A program made the translations under genes and the position numbers. A model generated the notes under the pieces. It saw nothing but the letters and a program-made list of their open reading frames with translations, did not search any database and was not told the origin of the DNA. Shown piece after piece: positions 62,677 to 64,000 of a DNA stretch of 64,000 nucleotides. Source of the stretch: Podospora anserina (taxonomy: Eukaryota). The DNA lies in assembly GCA_017654855.1 (NCBI GenBank), contig CM030336.1:4836001-4900000 (forward strand). Reading direction: 5' to 3'. Every line of letters begins with the position of its first letter. Positions within the stretch are counted from its first letter, which is position 1.

Positions 62677-64000
62677 TATTTGGATGTTTGGTAGATTCGA
62701 TGATTACCTGCCTAAGTAGGCTGGTAGTCGGTATGGCTTTGTGAGAGCTCGGACTCAGCCTTCGGCATTGTTATAGATATTCTAGTGCTATTTGGATCTT
62801 GGGAGTATGTATATATTGGTGTGATTTCTACGCTCTTTTTTACTAAGATTTCCTTTGTCTAGTAGATGAATTTACTTCTTTCACTTTGGCTCATTTCTGC
62901 CTGCACAAATCTCCCGAGTAAGCAGAGTCTTTTACTTTCTAGAATATGGACACCCGGCAGATCCAGGCGCATTCATAGCCCGGCATTTGGTTCAGTGAAT
63001 ACCTTTTGTGTTTAGTATGACAATATGAGTTGGTTCATTGAAAGGAGCATTGCTCGATGGCTTGTGATAGGCTCCTGGGTGTATAGAGCATGATTATTCG
63101 CTCGTCACGCTCACCCAGTACCCCTGAATAAAGCAGGCAAATAACAAGGTGCAAAAAGCAAAAGATGATTTTGGTTTGGACTCAGATCTCTCCCCTTTTT
63201 TTCAACGGAATTGTGCCTTCTCTGACAGTCCATACTTGCCTCATCCGTTCTTACAATCGACACCCAGTTACCAGAGCAAACATAGCACCGGGCCACATTC
63301 CCCGATCAGATAAACAAGGAGTGACAGATCATCCAAGGTGGGGGGTAGTACCCGACCCCAGGTTTCGGGCCGAGGATGTCTGAACCAAGCTGCGGGGACC
63401 ACCCGGCACTGAGCTAGTGTGGCGCTCTAATCTCGGGGGCAGCAAGCCACTTTCCTGAAGGAACCATACATTAGTTGCAGGAAGCGAACGATTGTCAGGG
63501 ACTGTGCTCCCCTGTCTTTGCTTCCCAAGATCTGGAAAACACATGCAGGGGACGGTGCAGGACTCATGAACCAACCATAGGAACGGAACTTATCTGTGCC
63601 ACGTTTTTTCTGTCAGTCTATATCAGCTTGCTGCACAGATCGATGGCTTCTAAGAACGAACAAGACGAACAAAACAACCCGAGTTGTTGGGCCCCCGAAA
63701 CGTCAGCGAATTCAACAGTTGATGGTCCCATTTTCAAGTCAAACAAACAAAGCAACGGCGGCAGCACTCTCCGGCACGGACATCTGGAGACCGAACTGAC
63801 CCATAACAAGTTTGAGCGGTGAGCAAACCATCTTCGGTCAGAGATGATATGATTTCATCTTCAAGAACAAGGGAAGTGCAGAGCATGGATCGGGATCCCA
63901 AGGACAGGGTACAGCGTGGGGAAAAGAGTACCCAGCACCACCGACACGGAAGCGAACCGCCCGGGAATAACCTCACGAGGCCTGAATCCGGCAATGGATT

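Overview
Filamentous ascomycete genomic DNA. Short GT-AG introns with CTAAC/CTGAC branch sites, RIP-eroded repeats and a HET-domain gene point to Sordariales, probably Podospora-like (inferred). Intact genes: secreted tyrosinase, trichodiene-synthase-like terpene cyclase, a ~1720-aa fusion of an RNA-dependent RNA polymerase (RdRP) and a Upf1-like helicase head-to-head with an AAA_28-type P-loop kinase, GH43, thioredoxin, a TagC/phage-RBP-like secreted propeller protein, an SDR reductase, TFP11/Spp382, a subtilisin, an SMP-30-like protein, a GH10 xylanase, a beta-carbonic anhydrase, a fasciclin, and a leaderless RNase T1-like protein. Mobile DNA: four RIP-mutated Fot1/pogo transposons (two in a nest that also holds two solo LTRs) and a MITE. 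Broken genes: F-box/ankyrin, HET, DUF3632-like, and a tandem array of about six diverged copies of an unknown domain. The best candidate for an undescribed system is the RdRP-(BACK/TLDc-like)-SF1 helicase fusion with its divergently transcribed nucleotide-kinase-like partner, a putative RNA-defence module. All family calls come from motif recognition by eye; no database search was run.
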